NCBI GenBank assembly: GCA_017617235.1
Contig: JAFZWQ010000042.1
Span: forward strand, 18,401 to 82,400
Direction of reading: 5' to 3'
DNA from: Bacteroidaceae bacterium
Lineage (GTDB): Bacteria; Bacteroidota; Bacteroidia; Bacteroidales; Bacteroidaceae
DNA: 64,000 nt
The notes beneath the pieces were generated by a model. The model saw only the letters and a list, made by a program, of their open reading frames with translations. It ran no database searches and had not been told where the DNA came from. Numbering within the stretch: position 1 is the stretch's first letter; the number at the start of each line of letters is the position of its first letter. Positions 52,494-61,967 of this stretch are shown here, piece by piece. The translations under genes were made by a program, and so were the position numbers.

Positions 52494-53972
52494 TTATTTT
52501 TGATTGGCCCTACGTTTGGCAAGTTCCGCTTGCATGTTCTCATTGAACTGCTTGCTGATGGGATAGAAGAACAATGCCACTACGCCAATCGCGAATAGCA
52601 GGGCAGGGACGAGGCTTGAAACCAAACGTATGCCTTCGATGGCAGATGCGCTTTGGATGACTTTTGTTCCAGTCATAGATACATAACCGAAAGCCGAGAG
52701 GATAAGTCCTGCGAAGGCACCACCCAAACCCAGGCCTGCTTTTAGGGCAAAGACAACGCCAGAGAAACAGAATCCTGTGGCACGACGATAATTTACGTAC
52801 TCTATGTGGTCGGCAACATCGCCAATCATAGCCCAAAGCAGGGGTACAGTGGGTGCATAGGCTAAAGATTTCAGAATACAAAGGATGAACATAGATGTCA
52901 CATCCTGGGGGCCGGGCATCCAAAACAGAGCTGTGAAGATTGCCGTCAAACTCAGGCATACGATAAATGTCAGTCGCTTGCCATATCGGTTGGCCAGGAA
53001 ATTAGATAGCAGAACGACTCCTGCAAACTGCACCAATGCACCTACCATATTAAATAAAGAGAATCCTATGGAGTAGGCATCCGCCTTGCTGTGAGCTATC
53101 AGATTGAAGGTGGAAAGTAGAATGTTTCCTTCTCCTTCGGGCTGTACCAATCCCATGCGACCTAGGAAGTCAAACAATGCTTCTTGGTCAACATAGTTCT
53201 GGAAGTAAAAACTCATTGCCGAGCCCCACATGGCCAATGTGATGAAGACGAATAGCGTCAGCACGAACATGGAACGCCATGGAACGTTGCTTAAAAGTTC
53301 CTTTACGTCCTTCTTTACATTCATTTCCTGTTGTGGGGGAGGTGCAATGCGCTCGCGTGCTGAAAAGAAAGTAATAATAAAGCACACCAGACAGATTCCT
53401 GCATACAGACTAATGGTATAGGACCATCCGCGTGCCTCGTCCTGACCTCCGAATTTCGAAACCAAAGGCAGGGTCAGACCCTGTACAACGAACTGTGCAA
53501 TTGTGCTACCTACAAAACGTATGCTGGTAATGCTTGTGCGTTCGCGGATGTCGCCTGTCATAACACCACCCAAAGCAGAGTAGGGCGTATTGTTAAAGGA
53601 ATACATGGTCATCAGTAGCACATAGCTGATAGTGGCATAAAGTGCTACCAAACTCTTGTTTTCGATACCGGGATTCCAGAATGCTAAAATATAGAATACG
53701 CAGAAGGGGATGGCTGTCCACAATACCCAGGGACGATACTTTCCCCAACGTGTTTGAGTCCGGTCGGTTAGGATACCTACAGCGGGGTCGACAAACGCAT
53801 CGACGATACGAGCCACCAGCAATACAGAACCAGCAACGGCTCCATCCAACCCGAAGATATCTGTATAGAACTTCAGCTGGAATATCATCATCATCTGGAA
53901 AACCAGATTGGCGGCAACGTCACCCATCGAGTAACCCACCTTTTCGCGTAGTTTCACTTTTCCCGTATCCAT
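52494..53972 (-). CDS. Glycoside-pentoside-hexuronide (GPH):cation symporter family MFS transporter
   Basis: 492 aa with about 12 TM segments. N-terminal KVGYSMGDVAANLVFQ and the TRWGKYRPW loop are typical of GPH/MelB/XynT-like carriers. Confidence 0.9.
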   Translation of the reverse strand: MDTGKVKLREKVGYSMGDVAANLVFQMMMIFQLKFYTDIFGLDGAVAGSVLLVARIVDAFVDPAVGILTDRTQTRWGKYRPWVLWTAIPFCVFYILAFWNPGIENKSLVALYATISYVLLMTMYSFNNTPYSALGGVMTGDIRERTSITSIRFVGSTIAQFVVQGLTLPLVSKFGGQDEARGWSYTISLYAGICLVCFIITFFSARERIAPPPQQEMNVKKDVKELLSNVPWRSMFVLTLFVFITLAMWGSAMSFYFQNYVDQEALFDFLGRMGLVQPEGEGNILLSTFNLIAHSKADAYSIGFSLFNMVGALVQFAGVVLLSNFLANRYGKRLTFIVCLSLTAIFTALFWMPGPQDVTSMFILCILKSLAYAPTVPLLWAMIGDVADHIEYVNYRRATGFCFSGVVFALKAGLGLGGAFAGLILSAFGYVSMTGTKVIQSASAIEGIRLVSSLVPALLFAIGVVALFFYPISKQFNENMQAELAKRRANQK

Positions 53973-54003
53973 ATATAATTGCGAACTTTTTGTTTTTCTG
54001 CTG

Positions 54004-54011
54004 CAAAGTTA
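54004..54011 (-). promoter_or_regulatory. -7 box (TAACTTTG) of the GPH transporter promoter
   Basis: Exact TAnnTTTG on the minus strand, 31 nt upstream of the ATG at 53972. Confidence 0.5.
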
Positions 54012-54072
54012 GAGCATATTTGTGGAACACCTTTCGTCTCATGTCCCATAGACTTGTAATCCTGTCTCATTA

Positions 54073-54102
54073 TAAAAAAAGAGGTAAGAATTCTCACCTC
54101 TT
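54073..54102 (-). terminator. Intrinsic terminator ending the fimbrillin/outer-membrane operon
   Basis: The minus strand reads AAGAGGT-(loop)-ACCTCTT, followed by a T7 run (54079-54073), 15 nt after the stop at 54117. Confidence 0.7.
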
Positions 54103-54116
54103 TCTTTCCTTCTATA

Positions 54117-56075
54117 TTAAAAAGAATATGTCAGTCCGATGTGGTCGTAGATGTAGAAGCGTTCAAAGGATTTCCTGAAATTAACCTGTCCCATGGGTTC
54201 TAGGAAGATGGACCAGTTATCCTTGACATAATAGCGGGCTTGCAATGCACCAGCCCATGCCATCGTGCCGCGGGTACCTACGACGTGGCTTACGAGTTGT
54301 GGATTATTGCCGCCAATCATCTCACCTTTGGCAAGCTCACGCTTGCCCTTAATGTTGGCATTGAAGACGGGCCCCGTAAGTACGCTGAGCTGGAAGCGTT
54401 GCCGCGTTTGATGGTAGCCAATCAAATTGTTCAGTCGTAGTTGATACAAAAGACGAATAGACAGACTATGGTAGTTGATATTCCACATACCATTGTATCG
54501 TTTCAATGCACCTGCGACTGTTACATCGTAAGGTTGCATTGATGCGGTATGTTTCTGTGCATAGTCTATTTGTAGGAGGGCTGTGGCCCATGCATTGAAT
54601 TCACGCCCAAAACTTCCTACTACGCTATTGTTTATTTTGTGGCTTCCGCTATAGGTCTCGCTTCGTGTTACAACACGCATATCGCCCCAGGCCACGGAAC
54701 CAAAGAAACGTGATGGAGTTTTGTATTTTTCTGCCACCTGCGTGCTGTCCTTCGTTTCTTGTTTTCCACGTATGTCGCGATTTAGACGCACACCGGCCGA
54801 TATCATGGCGAAATGTTCCTTATAACCCTTTTTATTACTGGTGTTAGAATAAGGCACATTATAGAACATCCAAGTATAACGTGGCTCTACATATAGCATA
54901 GCATTATCTGTTTTGGGTAGCTTAAAGAGCACCTGTGTGCCCATAGTGGCACCCAAATAGCGAATAAGCAATCCTTGTCCAGCCTCTCCGAACTTTCCCA
55001 GCTCCATACCACCCGACAGGTTCACATCAAAATACTTATTATTGCGCCATTTCTCGCTTACACTAAAGGGTGAAAGCAATAATTCCAGTCTGCCACCGAC
55101 AAAGACACCACGTTGACGTGTCGTGTATTTAGGATGAACTTGCTGACCAGAAATAATGATAGGACCAGTGGTCTGAGTACTGCAAAAATAGTCTTGCATA
55201 TGGGTACCCAGACGCAGACCCACAATGCGAGTTGGCCAATAGCCAAAAGCAAACGAATAAGCAGACCCAACGGATGTGGATGCCTGTGAAATGCCTTGTG
55301 CGGAATTAAGTGGCAGAGTTACACCCTGTGAAGCCTCAACAAAGAATGTCGATGCACTCATGTTGCGCCCTGTAAAGCGTTTGGGCATAAAGTCGAGTAA
55401 CAGGTTGGCATTTACGCCATACATAAACTCATAGAACGTAGTGTTCTGCTTCTTATAAAGGTAAGGTTGGTCGCGGATGACACCTAAGTAGGGTTGCAGT
55501 GATAAACCAATATTATTTCCTAAACTCAACGTTACATCTGCTCCAACCAAACCATAGGGTGATTTCTCCCTATTCCCATTGTTTCCGCTCATACGACCTC
55601 CAATACCTATAAATCCGGAGAACGTGGCTACACGTCGAACCGAATATCCACGGGTATAGTTGGTGAAGTTCAGGAAATAGTCCAGTTCCATGGCGGCGCT
55701 GCGGACGTCGCGTCCATTTTTGCGGTGCAGTTCAGCATACGATAACTTTCCTTGGAGGGCGTGTACGGGTGAGAATTGATAAGCCAGTGTTGCATTGATG
55801 GGAATGCTGTAGCTGGATTGACTCTTATTGGTCTGTCCATTATAACCCGTACCCAGTCCAACACGAAAACGGTTGTACCATCGTACGGATTTGTTATAGG
55901 CTTGTGCCGTAGAATCTCCCTTTGGCAGGTAACGCGGTTGTAATTGGCCCTCTTCTCCCGTCACCTTTGCAGCCCATTCGTGTGTATCGATGCTGTCACG
56001 TTTCGACTGCGCCATTGTCGGCACATTCGTCAGCGTGAGTAGTAATATGATCAATATCAATCCAAGCCGTTTCAT
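54117..56075 (-). CDS. 652-aa predicted outer-membrane beta-barrel protein, apparently three barrel-like modules in tandem; function unknown
   Basis: Signal peptide MKRLGLILIILLLTLTNVPTMAQ. Amphipathic alternating beta-strand patterns throughout. C-terminal ...IGLTYSF ends in the aromatic residue typical of outer-membrane proteins. Confidence 0.7.
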   Translation of the reverse strand: MKRLGLILIILLLTLTNVPTMAQSKRDSIDTHEWAAKVTGEEGQLQPRYLPKGDSTAQAYNKSVRWYNRFRVGLGTGYNGQTNKSQSSYSIPINATLAYQFSPVHALQGKLSYAELHRKNGRDVRSAAMELDYFLNFTNYTRGYSVRRVATFSGFIGIGGRMSGNNGNREKSPYGLVGADVTLSLGNNIGLSLQPYLGVIRDQPYLYKKQNTTFYEFMYGVNANLLLDFMPKRFTGRNMSASTFFVEASQGVTLPLNSAQGISQASTSVGSAYSFAFGYWPTRIVGLRLGTHMQDYFCSTQTTGPIIISGQQVHPKYTTRQRGVFVGGRLELLLSPFSVSEKWRNNKYFDVNLSGGMELGKFGEAGQGLLIRYLGATMGTQVLFKLPKTDNAMLYVEPRYTWMFYNVPYSNTSNKKGYKEHFAMISAGVRLNRDIRGKQETKDSTQVAEKYKTPSRFFGSVAWGDMRVVTRSETYSGSHKINNSVVGSFGREFNAWATALLQIDYAQKHTASMQPYDVTVAGALKRYNGMWNINYHSLSIRLLYQLRLNNLIGYHQTRQRFQLSVLTGPVFNANIKGKRELAKGEMIGGNNPQLVSHVVGTRGTMAWAGALQARYYVKDNWSIFLEPMGQVNFRKSFERFYIYDHIGLTYSF

Positions 56076-56082
56076 CGTTTCG

Positions 56083-58674
56083 CTATTTCTTATCTGAGAA
56101 ATATTTCTTTGCTAATTCGTCGTATTCTCGAGCTATATTCTCCATCTCTTCTCCATCCTGCATGCGTCGCCAGAAGAATAATATCATGGCACGATAAGCA
56201 TCGTTAAAGAATCCGTCTTCTTTCAGAAATTCTGCCCATTTCGGATCTAGTTTCAAAGCTTCGAGCATTGGCATTCCCCAATGTTGACTTTCTGCAATGT
56301 CGTTATGCGGGTCATAGACATTTTTACTATTATAGTAATAGGTCTCATAATCCTTCTCTTTACAGTCTACCTGATATAGACATATGGCCAAAAGGTAATA
56401 GTACGTAGCGTCTAGGGTATCCGCCTTCATAAACTGCCTTTTGTTATTGATGAGTTTATCTTTTGCTCGTCTGAAGCCTTTCTCTCCATCAATAAGGTTG
56501 GCGACTACATAGTTGATGGCTCCTGTACTTTCGATATCCTTTCGCATTACTTCCTTTTCGTCCTCTGTATATTCGCACGACAGGAACTTAATGAAATTTT
56601 GGAACTTTCGGTAACGGTCATTTTCGGGTAGATGATATTGCGAGAGAATGTGTGCCTCTTTGTATTTTTCAGCCATGCAGTACATCAGAATCTGTTTTAC
56701 TGCGATGGCCTCCTCGTTCCAATGCTTTTGACCGACTTTTTCTTTATAGCGTCCGTTGTTGGCAACTGTGTCCAGATAGTTTTTCAGGGTAAGTGTATCC
56801 ATGATACCTTTTTCTATCTCGCTCTTAGCCAGATAGTAGGCAGCTAATGGATAGGCACGTTCCACGGGTATACGTTCTTCCGTAAAGAATTTTGTTGAAT
56901 CCTCCGGGTCGCGTTCGCCGGTATAAACGGAACGTGTCGTCTGTTCTTTCATTTTCTGATTAGAACTATTATATGCAGCTTTCGAGACAGCATACAGCGC
57001 ATCCCAGTCTTTTTCTTTATTCAGCCGCACCATCAACTGGTAGAACTGATAAGGAGCAACTTCTTTGATTGTACCATTTAGCCAGTCTTCTCTCTTTTCT
57101 ACAAATCTTTGATAGATTTCATCAGCATCAAGTACCCTATCTTCTACAACATTTACTGTTACCTTTACACGACGCATACGGTCAAGAATCTTATCCTCCT
57201 TCAATATCCTAAAGTAGGGCTTCTTATTTATAATATTTCCTTGGTCGTCTAATGTTGACTTCTCAGTACATACATTTCGGATATCTTGTGCAATCTCGGC
57301 ATACCCTTCAGCATTGATGGCTTCTAGCGTGTCAGCGACTTCCGTCCAGGGTACAATATCGGATTTTATATCTGCGTATAGATTCCTGACTTCGGATGAG
57401 CAGATATTTCCAACGGTTTGGGCTCGTTTCTGTGCCAAATCTTTGTTTCCAGTTTCTCTTCCTTCTGGTGATGCATAACCATGGATGGAAATTCCGGAGA
57501 CGTATGATGTATCACTCTGAGATGCCCGTATGCTTCTTTTCAAAGCCTCTATACTATAATATGTAAGACTGTCGTTGTAATTCAAGGTCGCCTTACCGTT
57601 TTCAAAGTCGAGCTTTAGCGTGTTTTCATGAGGTACTGACGTGACGGTACCTCGGATACTATAACGTTTGTCGTCCAAATCTTCTTTGGGCACCGATTCT
57701 TTCCATTCTAGGAAATGTGTCGGGCTTTGTGTGTAGCCCGCATATATTAGGATGTTGTTTTCGTAATAGATGGTGTTGTAATCCTCGTACCAATAGTGGC
57801 CAATAATCTTCCATGGCTTTTTGTCGTTATAGGGCCGAATCTTGCAATGGAAATAGATGGTGTCCTCTTCACGAGTCTTCATACCCGTGTTGAAGTAATT
57901 GGCAGAGGGCTCATCTCCCATTACGCTTACGTTTTGCCAATATTTATCGTGCGTTTTGTCAAATCCCATGAAACGAACTTGTGAGGGGTCGTAATCTATA
58001 CCATCAAGGAAACGGGGAGCCAAATAGCCAATGGTGTCATTTGGATTGTGGCGACTTACCACTACGGGTGAAATAACAAAACGGGCATTGTTACGTGCAT
58101 AAATGCTGTCGATAATGATTGGGTGTGGGCCTACAACGAGTACACCTCCACAACTGGATGCATTTGCTGTAAGCCTACGTCTTCGTGTCGAAGTATATGC
58201 ACTTACCACGGTTTCGTCCAAGTCGGCACTCATTTCTGCTTCTGCACTTTCGCCGGCACTATTACTTAGTTTCAGTTGTATCCTAATCTCGTCACTGCGT
58301 ATCTCGGCATTTGTTACTTGGCGGTTTATGGTTTCGTACTGTCCGTTTTTATAATCGTAGATAAGCAGATAACCATTAACGGGTATCTTGATGACGATAC
58401 TACCGCTCACTTCCGTAATTTGGAAATCTACATATTCGTCGCTAGAAATATTGTCTTCTTTAAAGTCGTTAAGTTTTTGAAGAACTTTATCCGCCTGCGA
58501 TTTCATATAGCAACTGTACACGTAGATACCTTCGACTCCGCTTTCTTTGTTCGTTTTGGGATTCTTGGAGTATATATAGACATTCTTCGTCTGTGCGGAA
58601 GCCTCCACACCAAAGAACGTGAGGAAGGTTGCCAGCATCAGAAATCTTAGGAATGTGCGCATAGTTATAGGCAT
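56083..58674 (-). CDS. 863-aa DUF3868-like protein with an OmpA-like peptidoglycan-binding motif and a long helical C-terminal extension
   Basis: Signal peptide. OmpA_C-like motif ISIHGYASPEGRETGNKDLAQKRAQTV. The C-terminal ~400 aa is rich in helix-forming, repeat-like sequence. Located 4 nt after the DUF3575-like gene. Confidence 0.7.
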   Translation of the reverse strand: MPITMRTFLRFLMLATFLTFFGVEASAQTKNVYIYSKNPKTNKESGVEGIYVYSCYMKSQADKVLQKLNDFKEDNISSDEYVDFQITEVSGSIVIKIPVNGYLLIYDYKNGQYETINRQVTNAEIRSDEIRIQLKLSNSAGESAEAEMSADLDETVVSAYTSTRRRRLTANASSCGGVLVVGPHPIIIDSIYARNNARFVISPVVVSRHNPNDTIGYLAPRFLDGIDYDPSQVRFMGFDKTHDKYWQNVSVMGDEPSANYFNTGMKTREEDTIYFHCKIRPYNDKKPWKIIGHYWYEDYNTIYYENNILIYAGYTQSPTHFLEWKESVPKEDLDDKRYSIRGTVTSVPHENTLKLDFENGKATLNYNDSLTYYSIEALKRSIRASQSDTSYVSGISIHGYASPEGRETGNKDLAQKRAQTVGNICSSEVRNLYADIKSDIVPWTEVADTLEAINAEGYAEIAQDIRNVCTEKSTLDDQGNIINKKPYFRILKEDKILDRMRRVKVTVNVVEDRVLDADEIYQRFVEKREDWLNGTIKEVAPYQFYQLMVRLNKEKDWDALYAVSKAAYNSSNQKMKEQTTRSVYTGERDPEDSTKFFTEERIPVERAYPLAAYYLAKSEIEKGIMDTLTLKNYLDTVANNGRYKEKVGQKHWNEEAIAVKQILMYCMAEKYKEAHILSQYHLPENDRYRKFQNFIKFLSCEYTEDEKEVMRKDIESTGAINYVVANLIDGEKGFRRAKDKLINNKRQFMKADTLDATYYYLLAICLYQVDCKEKDYETYYYNSKNVYDPHNDIAESQHWGMPMLEALKLDPKWAEFLKEDGFFNDAYRAMILFFWRRMQDGEEMENIAREYDELAKKYFSDKK

Positions 58675-58678
58675 GGGG

Positions 58679-59221
58679 TTATTTGATGATGTACGAGAAG
58701 CTGAGGCCTATGCGATAGGGTAGCATCTTGAATCCGTGATTGTCCTTGTGATGTGTTTTGGGGTCGTAGCTGTCACCATCGTAGTACATATGTTGGTAGT
58801 AAGCCGATAGCTGAGTGCCGGCTGAAACTTCCATGTTCCAGCGTTTGCTCAGAGGCTTAACGTAGCCAAACTCCAGGCCTACGCCGACAGCGTCTCCCTT
58901 GAAATGTTTACCTTTCCAATTAATGTTGTAGGTTGTAGCCATAGCGCCTACACCCATGAAAAGGTGTATCATGGGGCGTCCGCCAATCCAGTAACGGAAC
59001 TCCGGCAACGCCCCGAGTGTCATAAAATCTTGGCCCATTACATACACGCTGCCAAAAGCCGCCAGCGCTACGCTCGTTTTGCTGCCTGTCGATATTTCCA
59101 CTTCCAAGTTGGGCATCAGAGCCGCATCCATCAGCACATTCGTCTTCAGGGCTACCAATTGGGCCTGGGTAGCCGTGGAGATCATCCATGATAGGGTAAG
59201 TAGTAATAACAGGCGTTTCAT
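58679..59221 (-). CDS. DUF3575-like small outer-membrane beta-barrel protein
   Basis: Start reset to MKRLLLLLTLSWMISTATQAQ (59221). LVALKTNVLMDAALMPNLEVE and LPEFRYWIGG match my recollection of the DUF3575 family signature (LKTNLLYDA..., PEYRYW). Confidence 0.75.
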   Translation of the reverse strand: MKRLLLLLTLSWMISTATQAQLVALKTNVLMDAALMPNLEVEISTGSKTSVALAAFGSVYVMGQDFMTLGALPEFRYWIGGRPMIHLFMGVGAMATTYNINWKGKHFKGDAVGVGLEFGYVKPLSKRWNMEVSAGTQLSAYYQHMYYDGDSYDPKTHHKDNHGFKMLPYRIGLSFSYIIK

Positions 59222-59240
59222 TCTTCTTTCTTTTTTGTTA

Positions 59241-59277
59241 ATCTGCGAGGGAGAGACCAATTTCTCCCCCTCACAGA
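59241..59277 (-). promoter_or_regulatory. Intercistronic stem-loop between the last fimbrillin-like gene and the DUF3575-like gene
   Basis: ATCTG-C-GAGGGAGA...TCTCCCCCTC-A-CAGAT. Outer 5-bp and inner 8-bp stems (one 2-nt bulge), with no U-tract. Confidence 0.5.
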
Positions 59278-59289
59278 TGTTATAGGGTA

Positions 59290-60450
59290 TTACAGTTCTA
59301 ATGCAGGTCCTGGTAGATCTTCCCAGTCTTCCAACTGGCCCTTAAGAGAAATCTCCCTTGGACCATGTACTGTGATATTTACCGTATAGGATTTACCACG
59401 AGCGAACATTATTGGATTCTGTTCGTCAAATGTCAGTGTCAGAGGAATCTCACTAATATGCTCAACATCGTTTTCATCGAGCAAGACAATCTTAATGACA
59501 TACGAGGTTGCAGGGAAAAGCATGAAACTTTCACCAACCTGCAGAGCGGGATCCGTATGCAGGGGAACTTGAGTCAGTGTTAATGCAGTTCCATCAGGAT
59601 TCTTCAAAGCCAGATCTGCTTTGGTGTCATCACGCAATGTGACACGAAGTACATGATCTGGATCGCTCCAATCAGCTTCGTCGATGTTCTCGCGATCGGC
59701 AACTCGAATGTCCAGATTCGTGTAGGCATCAACAATTTCAATGCTCTTAACTTTCATTGCCTCTGCCTGGGAATAGTCACCTGACTGATGATAGCTTTCA
59801 CCAGGCTGTACGGTAAATGTCAAACGGGTCAGTAAATGCTTTAGTTCCAAAACGGGGTCTGGAGCCAGTAAACCTGGATGGTTTTCTGGATACTTGCGAT
59901 AATACTTCGCACTATAAGCATAATCCTCGTTACTGGTGGCGCGACCCCAAATGAGATCCTGTGTACCATCGATGGTGTAGTGAGCAACAACATCGTTGTC
60001 GTTACGGTCAATGTCGTCGGTATATGGATAGTAACCGTAGAAATCGTAGTTGTAGAATTGGGTTATAGGATAGAAATATTTCCCAGTCCAACTAATATCT
60101 CCACTCTCCATCCGTGCTTCTACGTTGTCCATAATGCAATAGGTTATATTTGCATTGGGAGCATTGAACCACTGAATGTCATAAGCCGCAGGGTTAGTGC
60201 CTTGCTTGGCACGTGCCAGGGCGAATATACCCATATTTTCGAGTATAGCTGTACTCTCGTCGCCAATGATGGCGGCACGAGTAATCGTAGCTGTTTCTTG
60301 ACCACGTAGCCGTATTTCGTATGTGCTGTTGCCTTCAATATACTCTCCACTTTCGTTCAGCCAATCGGAAGGTCTTGTTTCTTCCGATGCGCAGCTGGCA
60401 AATAGGAGCATGCCGATGGCAAGAGACATATAATAATTAATACGCTTCAT
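59290..60450 (-). CDS. Fimbrillin-like (Mfa-like / type V pilin fold) lipoprotein
   Basis: 386 aa. Lipobox LLFASCASEE. Shared paralog motifs LKHLLTRLTFTV and a C-terminal KSYTVNITVHG...WED. Confidence 0.75.
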   Translation of the reverse strand: MKRINYYMSLAIGMLLFASCASEETRPSDWLNESGEYIEGNSTYEIRLRGQETATITRAAIIGDESTAILENMGIFALARAKQGTNPAAYDIQWFNAPNANITYCIMDNVEARMESGDISWTGKYFYPITQFYNYDFYGYYPYTDDIDRNDNDVVAHYTIDGTQDLIWGRATSNEDYAYSAKYYRKYPENHPGLLAPDPVLELKHLLTRLTFTVQPGESYHQSGDYSQAEAMKVKSIEIVDAYTNLDIRVADRENIDEADWSDPDHVLRVTLRDDTKADLALKNPDGTALTLTQVPLHTDPALQVGESFMLFPATSYVIKIVLLDENDVEHISEIPLTLTFDEQNPIMFARGKSYTVNITVHGPREISLKGQLEDWEDLPGPALEL

Positions 60451-60470
60451 GATAGAATTCTTGTTTTTTA

Positions 60471-61922
60471 TTAGTCTTCGTCTTCGGTGCTCAGGTTAAG
60501 TTCCTCGCCATCAGTCCACTGTTCAAGTTCAGCTTTGACGGTGATATCATGGAGACCGTAAACGGTGATAACTACGTGATAAGACTTTGCACGTTCAAAT
60601 TCAACGGGTACTCCAGGATTTTGGGGATCTTCGGGGAGTACTAGATCCAAATCAGTGTCAGCCCACTGAGTTGCCAAAACGGGAACTTCAGGAGTCAAAG
60701 GATCACCATCATCGTCAATAGTACCAGTTTGAGCCTTTTGGCTAAGATAGAGCTTAATGGTATATAAGTTTTCACCGGGCTTTACAAAAAATGCATCACC
60801 TACAACGGAACGGGTGTCTTTTGCACCAACAGCATATTCCTCCAAAAGTATTTGCTCAGGCTTACCATTAGCAAGGTCAGCTGCGGGAGCAGCACCATCC
60901 TGTTGAGTCAGGTACATTTCCACGGGATCATTACCAACAGCATCCCATTCGATGAGGCTGTTAATGTCAAATTCGCCATTGTCAATGTCAAAATCAGCAA
61001 TATTCTTTGCTGCAACAGTCAGGGTACCTTTGCTCTTTGAGAAAATAGAGATGGTGTCGACTGCAAGCTGAGTTGTAGCGTTGCTGTTATCGCCGGATTT
61101 GATTTCGAATGTGAAACGAGTCAGCATGTGCTTCAACTGAATCAAAGGAATAACATCTGCACGTGCAGTCGTTCCAGAGAAACCACGCTTTGGGCCGGGG
61201 TAGTTCGTAGCCTTACCCACCATGATGTCCTGAGAACCGTCAATGGTGAAAGGCAATACAATCTTCTCACCCAGGTCTCTTAGGGGTGTCGGTGTGGCTG
61301 CTTGTGGGTCATTTACGACTTGGGCACCATCCCACAAATAGCTTTTAAGTTCAGTCGTTCCATCATAACGGATTTCGTAACCATCGCCATTGTAAAGCAC
61401 AGGATTACCATTTGCGTCCACATCATTGGCAGCATTGTCAATGTAGTAACCAAAGAAGTCATTGTACTTCTGCAGGGGATAGTACTTCAGAGCACCATTC
61501 GTGAAGTCGTTGTACTTCAGTTCAGTGTTGGTTTCAGTCTCGAGGGGACGGCAAATGAAGGTGTTGTTAAACTGCTCACCCAGAGAACCTCCACAGTTAC
61601 TGAAACTCCAATAGTCACCGGCATTAGCCCATGTGCCGTCTGTACCCAAATCCATCATCAGGACATAGACGTCTTCGAAGTTGAACTTATTGGTTCCAGC
61701 GGTTGTACCACCGACTGTACCAGTACCAATTCCTGTTCCGGCGGCATTGGCACGTGTCTCGGTAACACTAGCAGCAGCCGTTGTCAGACTCAGATTGACA
61801 CGCTCAAGACCAAGGGCTTCAGCTTCGGCATTTTGCAGCTGGGCGGGACTCAGAGCCTCGTCAGACGTACAACTGCTCATCGCAGCAGCTACGAGAGCTG
61901 CCATAAACAAACTTTTTTTCAT
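60471..61922 (-). CDS. Fimbrillin-like (Mfa-like / type V pilin fold) lipoprotein
   Basis: 483 aa. Lipobox AAMSSCTSDE. Motifs LKHMLTRFTFEI and a C-terminal KSYHVVITVYG...QWTD. Confidence 0.75.
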   Translation of the reverse strand: MKKSLFMAALVAAAMSSCTSDEALSPAQLQNAEAEALGLERVNLSLTTAAASVTETRANAAGTGIGTGTVGGTTAGTNKFNFEDVYVLMMDLGTDGTWANAGDYWSFSNCGGSLGEQFNNTFICRPLETETNTELKYNDFTNGALKYYPLQKYNDFFGYYIDNAANDVDANGNPVLYNGDGYEIRYDGTTELKSYLWDGAQVVNDPQAATPTPLRDLGEKIVLPFTIDGSQDIMVGKATNYPGPKRGFSGTTARADVIPLIQLKHMLTRFTFEIKSGDNSNATTQLAVDTISIFSKSKGTLTVAAKNIADFDIDNGEFDINSLIEWDAVGNDPVEMYLTQQDGAAPAADLANGKPEQILLEEYAVGAKDTRSVVGDAFFVKPGENLYTIKLYLSQKAQTGTIDDDGDPLTPEVPVLATQWADTDLDLVLPEDPQNPGVPVEFERAKSYHVVITVYGLHDITVKAELEQWTDGEELNLSTEDED

Positions 61923-61967
61923 GATTTAATTGTTTAAGTGAAACATAAAAAATATATAACTCGTTTT

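Noticed and set aside
54117-56075. Possible SusC-like TonB-dependent transporter completing the neighbouring CAZyme cluster
   Set aside because: It is too small and has no TonB box, plug or carboxypeptidase-like N-terminal region. No SusD-like gene follows. It is separated from the CAZyme genes by a terminator and promoter, and it is co-transcribed with the fimbrillin locus.
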